Positions 20,111 to 28,229 of a stretch of 39,086 nucleotides of DNA are shown here, one piece after another. The first letter of the stretch is position 1; every line of letters begins with the position of its first letter. Under the pieces are notes generated by a model. The model was not told the DNA's origin. It did no database searches and worked only from the letters and a program-made list of their open reading frames with translations. The position numbers and the translations under genes were made by a program. Source of the stretch: a virus (lineage: Duplodnaviria; Heunggongvirae; Uroviricota; Caudoviricetes); IMG/VR virus record IMGVR_UViG_2541047917_000011, one strand, 5' to 3'.

Positions 20111-20436
20111 TATTGACCTCCGGTATTGCGGTACTGCTGTACCACTTCCAGTTTGTTATAAAGCGCGTCCAGTTTGGCCTCAATGACTGTCTGGCCACGG
20201 ATATAATCCTCTCGACGGACATAATTCAGCGGTAAATCCGCTTTAAATCGCATAAATTCTTTTTCCAGCTCGCCCCAGTTGGAGGCGGATTGTTGCAGGG
20301 CCTGTTCAAGGGAGGCGAATCGTGCCGCCTGGCGTTCTTCTGTTTTACTGAACAACCATTTGGCGAGCCCTCCCACAAACCCCATGAAGGTGAGCAGAAA
20401 ACTCACCACCGTCCAGAATTCAACCTGCAGTGTCAT
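20110..20436 (-). CDS. Small membrane protein (Mu gp25 position)
   Basis: 108 aa, N-terminal transmembrane helix then coiled coil. Confidence 0.45.
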   Translation of the reverse strand: MTLQVEFWTVVSFLLTFMGFVGGLAKWLFSKTEERQAARFASLEQALQQSASNWGELEKEFMRFKADLPLNYVRREDYIRGQTVIEAKLDALYNKLEVVQQYRNTGGQ

Positions 20437-21083
20437 TTCTGTAATCCTTCCCGTTCATCCAGTAACGCGTTTATCTGGTTCCGCCAGCGACGACATTGTC
20501 CTGCGTTGTCGATGATGTTGGCGAGAACGTCACGCTGGGAGACACCCGAATCGCGTAACCGGGTGTCAGTGGTTTCAGGTTGCCCGGTCGCTGTGCCAGA
20601 GCGGGTGCCAGCGGCGGCAACTGAGTCTGAATGACCGGTGTCGACGGATGCGTTGTCATATCCGAGTGCGGCGTTGTACTGGCGCACGAAACCGCGAGTA
20701 AACACGCACTCAATGGGATGGCTCTTACCTTTTTCATCAATCCAGCGCTGTGTGGCATCGTTAATTTGCCCCTGTAGTTGTTTATTCCGGCTCTCCAGTT
20801 GAGCAATCTGCTCAAGATAACCGGCTTCAGCCCGCTGCCCGGCGGCCACCTGCTCCTGATACCGTCTGGCCCAGGCCCGCAGCGCAGCATTCTCAAGCGT
20901 TGCCTGCTCCGTTTTGTACGCGTCAAATGCTGACTGCAACTGACTGAGCGCGGTATCACCGTCACGCTTTGCAGAGTCATGACCACTTCTGTATCCCATG
21001 GCATACAGGCCGACCAGAAAGGCATTGATAAGAATGGCCAGCAGAATGCCGCGCCACGGCAGCTTTTTAACCAGATGCCACAC
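20433..21083 (-). CDS. i-spanin (Rz-like): N-terminal TM helix plus coiled-coil periplasmic domain
   Basis: ORF track start 21185 overlaps the endolysin; GTG at 21083 is preceded by GGGGAGG and gives a protein starting VWHLVKKLPWRGILLAILINAFLVGLYA. Confidence 0.55.
   Translation of the reverse strand: MWHLVKKLPWRGILLAILINAFLVGLYAMGYRSGHDSAKRDGDTALSQLQSAFDAYKTEQATLENAALRAWARRYQEQVAAGQRAEAGYLEQIAQLESRNKQLQGQINDATQRWIDEKGKSHPIECVFTRGFVRQYNAALGYDNASVDTGHSDSVAAAGTRSGTATGQPETTDTRLRDSGVSQRDVLANIIDNAGQCRRWRNQINALLDEREGLQK
20471..20737 (-). CDS. o-spanin lipoprotein (Rz1-like) embedded in +1 frame of the i-spanin gene
   Basis: Internal ATG at 20737 gives MKKVRAIPLSACLLAVSC... (signal peptide with lipobox-like LAVSC) followed by Pro-rich mature region. 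Confidence 0.55.
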   Translation of the reverse strand: MKKVRAIPLSACLLAVSCASTTPHSDMTTHPSTPVIQTQLPPLAPALAQRPGNLKPLTPGYAIRVSPSVTFSPTSSTTQDNVVAGGTR

Positions 21084-21807
21084 AACTGCTGCCTCCCCAT
21101 GTGAGATATCGCGGTGCCAGTTCGCGCAGGATGCGCTGCGGATAATGGCGGTTCTCCCGCCAGCTGGCCGCATTGCGTCCGGCATTCACCGTGGCGACAT
21201 GTCCGAACCAGCGGGTGCTGTCCAGACCTTTCTGTGATGCAAGCCGCCTGTCCCGTTGTACCCAGCCCAGACCACCGTTATAGCCCGACAGTGTCATGGC
21301 CATACGCTCGCAGTCACTGGCGGCGCTGACACGCTGCCACAGCCAGCGGTCATAGCTGACCAGCGCCCGGATAGCCCATGCCGGATTAAACGGCTCACGA
21401 CTGCTCAGCATCGGTATCAACTGGCTTATCCAGTCGGCAGTGGCAGGCATGAACTGCGCCAGTCCCTGAGCGCCAGCCGGCGAGATCGCATCAGGTCGCC
21501 AGCCGCTTTCCTGATGCAGTTGCGCGGCGAAATCGGCCACCGGCGCAGACAGTCCCCATTCAAGCCGGGCATTACGGATCACATCATCGCGATACTGCAG
21601 CGCAGCCTGCGGAGGTTGTGCTGCGCATGCCTGGCTAAAAAAGCCGCCACACCAGAGCAACATTGCGACAAAGAATACCCATGCCATATGAACCAGAAAG
21701 GTCCCGGCGCGAACTGACAGGCGTTCGGTTCTGATGAAGACCCGAAAGGCTTCGAAAGCCAGTTTCAGGGACATGCATACAATCCAGGTGATCTGCGGCC
21801 AGTTCAT
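21067..21807 (-). CDS. Endolysin, lytic transglycosylase (SLT domain) with N-terminal hydrophobic signal/SAR-like segment
   Basis: ESGWRPDAISPAGAQGLAQFMP motif; start 21807 lies 2 nt after the holin-like stop; alternative start ATG 21687 (MAWVFFVAMLLW...). Confidence 0.8.
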   Translation of the reverse strand: MNWPQITWIVCMSLKLAFEAFRVFIRTERLSVRAGTFLVHMAWVFFVAMLLWCGGFFSQACAAQPPQAALQYRDDVIRNARLEWGLSAPVADFAAQLHQESGWRPDAISPAGAQGLAQFMPATADWISQLIPMLSSREPFNPAWAIRALVSYDRWLWQRVSAASDCERMAMTLSGYNGGLGWVQRDRRLASQKGLDSTRWFGHVATVNAGRNAASWRENRHYPQRILRELAPRYLTWGGSSCVASG

Positions 21808-21809
21808 GA

Positions 21810-22160
21810 TTAAAGCCCCATCGCAACAGCCAGGCAGACCGCTGCAACAATCAGTGCACGGCGGATTAACGCAGCAGAAAACACCAGGTGAAGGCCGGTC
21901 TGTACCGGGAAACGCCCTTCAGCCATCAGCCTGTCGTCATGTTTCAGGTACTGACCGGGACGGGCTTTGGGGAAGAGCGAACGGTCAAGCCAGTAACCCA
22001 GCACTGCTGCCAGCGTGATGAGTGCCAGCTTGTAGATCACAACAGGCAGCTGCTGTGGTGAGACCAGAGCGATGGTGCCCAGCAACAGCACTGAGGTCAG
22101 CAGCCAGCCGCTGAGGCGAGGTTTTTTAACAGGGGGAATGAATTTTTTCAGGTTTTTCAT
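21810..22160 (-). CDS. Putative holin / lysis membrane protein
   Basis: About 116 aa with 2-3 predicted TM helices; ATG 22160 preceded by AAGGAGA; first gene of lysis cassette. Confidence 0.45.
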   Translation of the reverse strand: MKNLKKFIPPVKKPRLSGWLLTSVLLLGTIALVSPQQLPVVIYKLALITLAAVLGYWLDRSLFPKARPGQYLKHDDRLMAEGRFPVQTGLHLVFSAALIRRALIVAAVCLAVAMGL

Positions 22161-22290
22161 GTGTGTCTCCTTATCTGGTGGAGACAGCATCACAAATACA
22201 GGGCGCGAAGGATTTTAAAGCGCGTTAAGAGAGCCGGGGATACGGGATGTGCAGGATAAACGATGAATTATTCACAGAGGAGAATACGAT

Positions 22291-22767
22291 ATGACGCACA
22301 CACTGAATCCGGTCATCACTGTCACTGTGTCCGGTCCTGTGGGCAGCGGTAAAAGTTACGTACTGGCGCGGATAGAAGAGATGGTGAAACAGGAACTCGG
22401 AAACAGCGTCATTGTCGATGCTGCTGACGTGGAGAATGAGCGCCGTATGAATGGCGAAGATCTGACGACCTGGCAGAAGCCACGGGGTGGCACAGTGATC
22501 AGGCTGGAGGAATACACGGGACAGGGCCTGTTGTCATACGGCGAGGAGCGTATCTGTCGGACGAATGAGCTGCTGGATGTTATATGCCCCACGGGCCGGC
22601 AACCCTGGATACTGCCCGATGCACTGCATGCCACCATTGCGGCACTGATGACAGTTTACGATCAGGAGCTGCTCATGAAGGAGTTACGTAAACTCACCGG
22701 TCAGCCAACAGAATGTTGTTCGTCTCCGAAGTACGGCAAACAGGAAAACGCCCCGGATAATCCTTAA
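22291..22767 (+). CDS. Small P-loop NTPase / nucleotide-kinase-like protein of unknown function
   Basis: 158 aa; Walker A GPVGSGKS near N-terminus, candidate Walker B VIVDAAD; AGGAG RBS; only plus-strand gene amid minus-strand genes. Confidence 0.6.
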   Translation: MTHTLNPVITVTVSGPVGSGKSYVLARIEEMVKQELGNSVIVDAADVENERRMNGEDLTTWQKPRGGTVIRLEEYTGQGLLSYGEERICRTNELLDVICPTGRQPWILPDALHATIAALMTVYDQELLMKELRKLTGQPTECCSSPKYGKQENAPDNP

Positions 22768-22786
22768 GATACCTCCTGAACAGAAA

Positions 22787-22802
22787 CAGCCCTGAAGGGC
22801 TG
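22787..22802. terminator. Hairpin between convergent genes (P-loop gene and accessory operon)
   Basis: CAGCCC-tgaa-GGGCTG perfect stem; T-rich on minus strand and A-rich on plus strand. Confidence 0.45.
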
Positions 22803-22804
22803 CA

Positions 22805-23395
22805 CTAAAAAAAGAAGTGTATTATTGCCCAAACAGCTATAACGATGATTCCCAGCCCAAGAGCCGATTCTAACTTATCTTTGGCAGTCATTTTTACTGT
22901 TGTAGCGGGCGCAGGTAAGTCTTGCTGCTGTGGATTTTCTGTTAGTTGTTTACGAGAAGAAACATCGCCCCTGTTAGTTTGCTTCATGTTGATTACAGAT
23001 GCGTTATGGGCATTATCAGCAGCAATTGACTGAAGTTTTACAAAAGTTTTTGAATCTGTTTTAGCCAGAAGTAACCTATTTCCCGTAAACATTGCCTTAA
23101 AAGTGATAGTTTTTTTCGTCTTGTCCGCCGCACCAAGCAAACCTCCAATGACCAACCCTGCACCACCAAAGATTAATCCACCAAGCAAACCTGCGCCTGC
23201 CGCCTTACCTATACGGCTTTCCTCTTCACTATCCGCAAGTTCAATCGATAAAAGCTCTTCTTTCAGATTTAATACAATATTTTCAGGAAAGCCTTGTTTT
23301 GGTTTTTTGGCAAACACGATGGTACCGAACCCCATGCTTGCCCACCCTTTAGGAAAACTTCCTGCGATAACCTGAATCCCTGCCATGTTCATCAC
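22805..23395 (-). CDS. Membrane protein with glycine-zipper segment, unknown function
   Basis: 196 aa; GAGLLGGLIFGGAGLVIGGLLGA glycine zipper and C-terminal TM (LGLGIIVIAVWAIIHFFF); AT-rich. Confidence 0.5.
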   Translation of the reverse strand: MMNMAGIQVIAGSFPKGWASMGFGTIVFAKKPKQGFPENIVLNLKEELLSIELADSEEESRIGKAAGAGLLGGLIFGGAGLVIGGLLGAADKTKKTITFKAMFTGNRLLLAKTDSKTFVKLQSIAADNAHNASVINMKQTNRGDVSSRKQLTENPQQQDLPAPATTVKMTAKDKLESALGLGIIVIAVWAIIHFFF

Positions 23396-23476
23396 CTTTT
23401 ACATTAAAATTTCAGAACGCAGCATGATGCCGCCTTTGTCTTTTTTCTGATCCCATGGTAATTCAGCTGTTATTTT

Positions 23477-24463
23477 CTATTTAAGAATAAAACGGTATTT
23501 ACTGTCAGGAGTGCTTTGCTGATCAAGTAGCAGTGAACGACATGGAGCAGTCAAAACCCGAGCATAACTACCATCAGGGCTTATGTTAATGTAACAAACC
23601 TTGCCCTTAACACTATAATTTTCGGGGACGGATGCCTTTGCTGATACAGTAAATTTAAGGGTATGCCAGCCCGTTTTTTGCTTGTAGCTTGAAACCGAAT
23701 GGAAATCATCTGAGTACTTATTTAACCCTGGAAACATGCTGCGCAGTGCGGGGATGGAATCTTCTATTATTTTATCGTTGGTTTTAATGTTAAAAACGCT
23801 GGTTTCAGTAGAAGCTACTGCTTTGGCATTTCCCCATTTACCAGCGAACACAATCATTCCCACGAAAAATATTGCTACAAGAACTAACACTCCCCCCAAC
23901 ACTACTACATGAGGCTTCCGGCTTCTGGTTGGTACAGTTGCGACTGATTTTGCACCGCTTTCCGATGGAGGTGATAGAGTTTTACTCTCATCACGAATAT
24001 TCAGCAGATCATCAAAATAACCAAACACAGCCTGCAACTGCTCTTTGTCTAGGCCTTTAAGATGGGTTGTACCGAAATGCTTCAGACAGTATCTGTCACG
24101 GTCAAGACGATACCCAGGGTCAGTAAGCGCCATTATTTTGCTGACCAGAAGATTACAGTCCTTCATATTCTGGATCTGTTGTGCATATCTCTGAAGGATC
24201 TCAACCGCACCATGATAATCAGCCGCAGTCATTTCATTAACTGTTTTGGTATTAAGTTTCGTGTGGATCGTCATCCATAGCTCGCGCTTACTTTCCCCCA
24301 GATCAACCAATTCATCCATCAATCTGTGTAAATCGCGTTTTTGCAGCAACGAAATTGGTTGCTGGGCCGAAGGAAGTATGTCAGCAGAATAGTTATGAAT
24401 GGTAACATCACCGCTGACAACGTTACCCACATCCCCGTTAACTGTTTGCTTCTCTTTACTCAT
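23477..24463 (-). CDS. Single-pass membrane protein, unknown function, translationally coupled to repressor
   Basis: 328 aa; start ATG overlaps repressor stop (ATGA); N-terminal cytoplasmic domain, TM helix (VVVLGGVLVLVAIFFVGMIVFAG), C-terminal extracytoplasmic domain. Confidence 0.55.
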   Translation of the reverse strand: MSKEKQTVNGDVGNVVSGDVTIHNYSADILPSAQQPISLLQKRDLHRLMDELVDLGESKRELWMTIHTKLNTKTVNEMTAADYHGAVEILQRYAQQIQNMKDCNLLVSKIMALTDPGYRLDRDRYCLKHFGTTHLKGLDKEQLQAVFGYFDDLLNIRDESKTLSPPSESGAKSVATVPTRSRKPHVVVLGGVLVLVAIFFVGMIVFAGKWGNAKAVASTETSVFNIKTNDKIIEDSIPALRSMFPGLNKYSDDFHSVSSYKQKTGWHTLKFTVSAKASVPENYSVKGKVCYINISPDGSYARVLTAPCRSLLLDQQSTPDSKYRFILK

Positions 24464-24885
24464 CTTCTCTTGGTATTTTTGTTCATTATTCCACCTGTTC
24501 CTATGGTTACGTTACCTTTGATAACATTCCCCAGAACATCTCCATGAATAACCTGTTCCGCCCGTTCTCTGGAGGAGCCAGTAGTCAAGGCCGACAAAAC
24601 TGAACCTTTGACCTGTAATGGTGCCTGCCGGTAGTGCTGCAGTAACTCCATTTCATCACGTGATAAAGTTATACCTGATGACTCCCCGGTAAGAATGAAC
24701 TGTACATTGGCCCCAATTCTTGCAAAGGCTGCAAGTAACTCACCTCCGGGAACAGCAACCCCTCGTTCATATTTCCCCCACATTTCTCTTGAAACGCCAC
24801 AAAGGGCTGCTACTTCAGCCTGCTTGAGTGATAACCGCGAACGCTCAGCTTTGAACCGCGACGCGCAAAGAGAATCAAAATTCAC
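24460..24885 (-). CDS. Prophage repressor, XRE-family HTH
   Basis: HTH_XRE pattern (RLSLKQAEVAALCGVSREMWGKYERG); GTG 24885 with GAGG RBS preferred over ATG 24921, which would bury the early promoter inside the gene. Confidence 0.65.
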   Translation of the reverse strand: MNFDSLCASRFKAERSRLSLKQAEVAALCGVSREMWGKYERGVAVPGGELLAAFARIGANVQFILTGESSGITLSRDEMELLQHYRQAPLQVKGSVLSALTTGSSRERAEQVIHGDVLGNVIKGNVTIGTGGIMNKNTKRR

Positions 24886-24895
24886 ATAAACCTCA

Positions 24896-24924
24896 TTGAC
24901 AATGAGAACAATAGTTCTCATAAT
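24896..24924 (+). promoter_or_regulatory. Early promoter: -35 TTGACA (24896-24901), 17-bp spacer, -10 CATAAT (24919-24924), with 20-bp palindromic operator ATGAGAAC-AATA-GTTCTCAT (24902-24921) in the spacer
   Basis: Read directly from sequence; sits 48 bp upstream of the ner-like ATG and between divergent repressor and early genes. Confidence 0.55.
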
Positions 24925-24971
24925 CTATCACATATAAAACAAACATCATTGCATCAACAAAGGAGACAACA

Positions 24972-25160
24972 ATGACTTCCGAACAAGTTAAAAATCTCTT
25001 CCGTCAGCGTGGTATCACGTTTACCCGCTGGGCCGAAGAACACGGCTACAGCCGCAATGAGGTCTATCGTGTTCTCAATGGACAGACCAAAGCTCGTTAC
25101 GGCAAAGCCCATGAAATTGCCGTAAAACTGGGATTAAAACCCACGTCAAATGCGGCATAA
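24972..25160 (+). CDS. Small DNA-binding regulator at the Ner/Cro position
   Basis: 62 aa basic HTH-like protein; AGGAGA RBS; first gene of the early operon. Confidence 0.6.
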   Translation: MTSEQVKNLFRQRGITFTRWAEEHGYSRNEVYRVLNGQTKARYGKAHEIAVKLGLKPTSNAA

Positions 25161-25212
25161 ATTTTCCACATATGCAACAGGTTATCACATATTGCAAAAA
25201 TGGAAATGTGAC

Positions 25213-25521
25213 ATGAGTAAAGTAAATATTTCCAGTTCTGGGACCCGCATCCTACGTGTACTCAAAGCTCTACGCGGTCATGCTCTGAACGGTGTTTCTA
25301 ACGGTGAACTGGCATCAGCCCTGGGGGAGTCCCCGGCGAATATCAATCGAGCACTTAATACCCTTATTGAAGAGGGACTGGCCATGAAATTAGAGAACGG
25401 ACGTTTCGCACCGGGAATCCAGTTACTACAGATCGCCATGGCTCACAGTCACGAGATGGCGCGTGCACAGGATCGTATTAACGAAATCAACCAACGAGTT
25501 ATTTCAGGTAGTCGTTTGTAA
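25213..25521 (+). CDS. IclR-type winged-helix HTH protein (DNA-binding domain only)
   Basis: TRILRVLKALRGH...NGELASALGESPANINRALNTLIEEGL resembles IclR N-terminal domains; start chosen at internal ATG 25213. Confidence 0.5.
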   Translation: MSKVNISSSGTRILRVLKALRGHALNGVSNGELASALGESPANINRALNTLIEEGLAMKLENGRFAPGIQLLQIAMAHSHEMARAQDRINEINQRVISGSRL

Positions 25522-25531
25522 GGAGTAATCA

Positions 25532-26446
25532 ATGGGACGCACCAAATCACCCGTTAACACTGAACTGAATGTTGAGGTTCCGCTGTCAGATAACATCAAT
25601 GTCAATTTGAACGCTATGACACAGCATCGCATGGAAATTATGCAGCAGTTTGGTGATGGACTGCCTTATGAACGTGATCGCATTGTTCACGAAGCACGTT
25701 TTTATATGGCGCAGAGTGCTGAATCTATGCTGGAAGCGGGTAAGCGGCTGATCATCTTAAAAGAAAATGAGCCACACGGTGATTTTACAAACATTTTAGA
25801 AAATGAACTCGGACTTGCACCACAAGTTGCTCGCCGCATGATGCAAGCCAGTATGAAGTTTTTGGGAGAAGGTGATGAGCCAACAAAACGCTCAACGTTG
25901 AGCGTTTTGGGGAAAGCCAAACTGTACGACCTGATGGTTCTGGATAATGAAGAACTTGATGAATTGGCCGACGGCGGCACAGTTGCCGGCCTGACGCTTG
26001 ACGACGTTGATCGCATGTCAGTACGTGAATTGCGTCAGGCCCTGCGCGAAGCGCGCGAAACCAACGCAGCACAACAGCGCGTACTCGCCGACAAAAATGA
26101 AAAAATAGATTCACTCTCCACCAGACTGGAGAAGAAATCCCGTATTCAGCCGCCTGAGCCTGATGAGGAGGTTAAGAAGCTGCGGGCGGAAGTAACAGCA
26201 TTAGCGGTTGAGGCGGAATCTGCTATCGCCGTCCGACTGTCCAGCGCTTTTGAGACGCTGTGCGCATATTGTGCTGAAAACATGATTGATACCCCCAGAG
26301 ACTTCATGGCAGGCCTGGTCTGTCAACTGGAAAGCACAGCGCGTAGCCTGCGCTCCACATTTGACCTGCCGGACGAGCCAACAGGCAATGCAGCGCCTTC
26401 ATGGCTGACTGAGCCGACGCCACAGATTAACGGGCTGGAGGCATAA
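25532..26446 (+). CDS. Hypothetical early protein (coiled-coil rich)
   Basis: 304 aa ORF immediately upstream of transposase. Confidence 0.5.
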   Translation: MGRTKSPVNTELNVEVPLSDNINVNLNAMTQHRMEIMQQFGDGLPYERDRIVHEARFYMAQSAESMLEAGKRLIILKENEPHGDFTNILENELGLAPQVARRMMQASMKFLGEGDEPTKRSTLSVLGKAKLYDLMVLDNEELDELADGGTVAGLTLDDVDRMSVRELRQALREARETNAAQQRVLADKNEKIDSLSTRLEKKSRIQPPEPDEEVKKLRAEVTALAVEAESAIAVRLSSAFETLCAYCAENMIDTPRDFMAGLVCQLESTARSLRSTFDLPDEPTGNAAPSWLTEPTPQINGLEA

Positions 26447-26449
26447 CCA

Positions 26450-28219
26450 ATGAATGCTGCCCTGACTGAACGACTGGTTTATGTCGCCCGCGCGGCACGT
26501 GACGCGGGGCATGGTAAACGCGGTGCAATATACGACGCTGCCTGTGCTGAACTTGGCATGTCCCGCGCCACTCTGCTGCGCAGGCTGAAGGAGGTCTCTG
26601 TGACTGATAAACGCAAAAAACGCGCCGATGCCGGGCGCAGCGCCCTGACCCGCGACGAAGCCGCGCTGATATCTGCCACACTGCGTGAGGCCACCCGCAA
26701 GAACGGTAAGCGTCTCTATTCCATCGCAGATGCAGTGGAAACCCTGCGGGCTAACGGCTTTATCACCGCAGGCAGAACAGATGAAACCACCAGTGAGTTT
26801 TTCCCGTTGTCTGAAGATGCCATCAGCCGTGCTCTGCGTAACTATGGCCTGCACCCGGAACAACTGGATGCCCCTGCACCACATACCGAAGTGGCCAGTC
26901 TGCATCCCAATCATGTCTGGCAGATTGACGCCTCACTCTGCACGCTTTACTACCTGAGCAATGGACATAAAGGGCTGCAGGTGATGGACAGCGCGAAGTT
27001 CTACAAGAACAAGCCCGCTAACCTTGCCCGTATCGCCAGTGACCGTGTGTGGAGTTACGAGATTACCGACCATGCCAGCGGCTGGATTTACGTTGAGTAT
27101 GTGACGGGCGCGGAATCAGGTGAGAACCTGTGTTCTGTGCTTATCAACGCCATGCAGGAGCGTGGCGGCGCAGACGTGCTGCACGGCGTGCCGAAAATAC
27201 TCTATCTCGACCCCGGCTCGGCAAACACCGCGGGTATGACGAAAAACATGTGCCGCTCACTGGGCATCGACCTGATAGCGCACAAGCCGCATAACGCCCG
27301 CGCCACCGGACAGGTGGAAAAGGCGCGTGACATTATCGAACGCAAGCTGGAGCCGGGTCTGAAGTTCCGGCCGGTTCACAGTCTGGAAGAACTCAACGCG
27401 CTGGCCGCGAAATGGCGCAGCCACTTTAACGCCACGGCTGTTCACAGCCGCCACGGTAAAACCCGCACGGATATCTGGCTGAAGATTACTGCTGAGCAGC
27501 TGAAAAAAGCGCCTTCCGTTGAGGTATGTCGTGAACTGGCTGTGGCGGCACCAGAACTCCGCAAAGTCACGCCAAAACTTCGTGTCTCGTTCCGGGGCAC
27601 TGAATTTGACGTATCAACGGTACCGGGCGTACTGGTTGGTGAAAAACTGATGATTACCCGTAACCCATGGCGCAGCGATGTGGCACAGGTGGTTCTGACC
27701 GGTGAGGACGGCCACGAGACGTTCTTCCTGGTCGAAGAGGTCAGAAAGAACGAGTTTGGCTTTGCTGAAGGCGCGGCGGTATTTGGCGAAAGTTACAAAG
27801 CCCTGCCGGAAACCCCGGCACAGATGGCGGCAAAAGAAACCGAAGCGCTGGTTACCGGTACAGACAACGCCGCAGATGCAGCCGCCGCACGCAAGGCGAA
27901 GGCGCTGCCGTTCGGCGGGCGGCTTGACCCGTATAAACATATCGACGACACCACACTTCCGGCCTATATGCCGAAGCGTGGTCAGGCCTCTGACGTACGC
28001 GGGCCGCGCACTGAACAACGTCCCATGACTCATGTGGAGGCCGCGAAAGCCCTGCGCGATAAGTTCAGCGCCGACGGCCTTACCTGGACGCCGGAACATT
28101 ACCGCCAGTTAACGGCACAGTACCCGGACGGCGTACCGGAAGCCGCACTGGATGAAGTCATGGCCACGCTGACCACACCGGCCCGCAGCAGTGTTATCAG
28201 CATTGTTAACGGCAACTGA
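26450..28219 (+). CDS. DDE transposase, rve (integrase catalytic core) family; not MuA-like
   Basis: 589 aa; N-terminal HTH, catalytic-core-like WQID ... YLDPGSAN ... E spacing. Confidence 0.85.
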   Translation: MNAALTERLVYVARAARDAGHGKRGAIYDAACAELGMSRATLLRRLKEVSVTDKRKKRADAGRSALTRDEAALISATLREATRKNGKRLYSIADAVETLRANGFITAGRTDETTSEFFPLSEDAISRALRNYGLHPEQLDAPAPHTEVASLHPNHVWQIDASLCTLYYLSNGHKGLQVMDSAKFYKNKPANLARIASDRVWSYEITDHASGWIYVEYVTGAESGENLCSVLINAMQERGGADVLHGVPKILYLDPGSANTAGMTKNMCRSLGIDLIAHKPHNARATGQVEKARDIIERKLEPGLKFRPVHSLEELNALAAKWRSHFNATAVHSRHGKTRTDIWLKITAEQLKKAPSVEVCRELAVAAPELRKVTPKLRVSFRGTEFDVSTVPGVLVGEKLMITRNPWRSDVAQVVLTGEDGHETFFLVEEVRKNEFGFAEGAAVFGESYKALPETPAQMAAKETEALVTGTDNAADAAAARKAKALPFGGRLDPYKHIDDTTLPAYMPKRGQASDVRGPRTEQRPMTHVEAAKALRDKFSADGLTWTPEHYRQLTAQYPDGVPEAALDEVMATLTTPARSSVISIVNGN

Positions 28220-28229
28220 GGAGGGAAAC

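Noticed and set aside
24919-24921. ATG at 24921 as repressor start (ORF-track start)
   Set aside because: It would place the -35 box and operator of the early promoter inside the coding sequence; GTG 24885 has a GAGG RBS and leaves the promoter intergenic. Still uncertain without N-terminal data.
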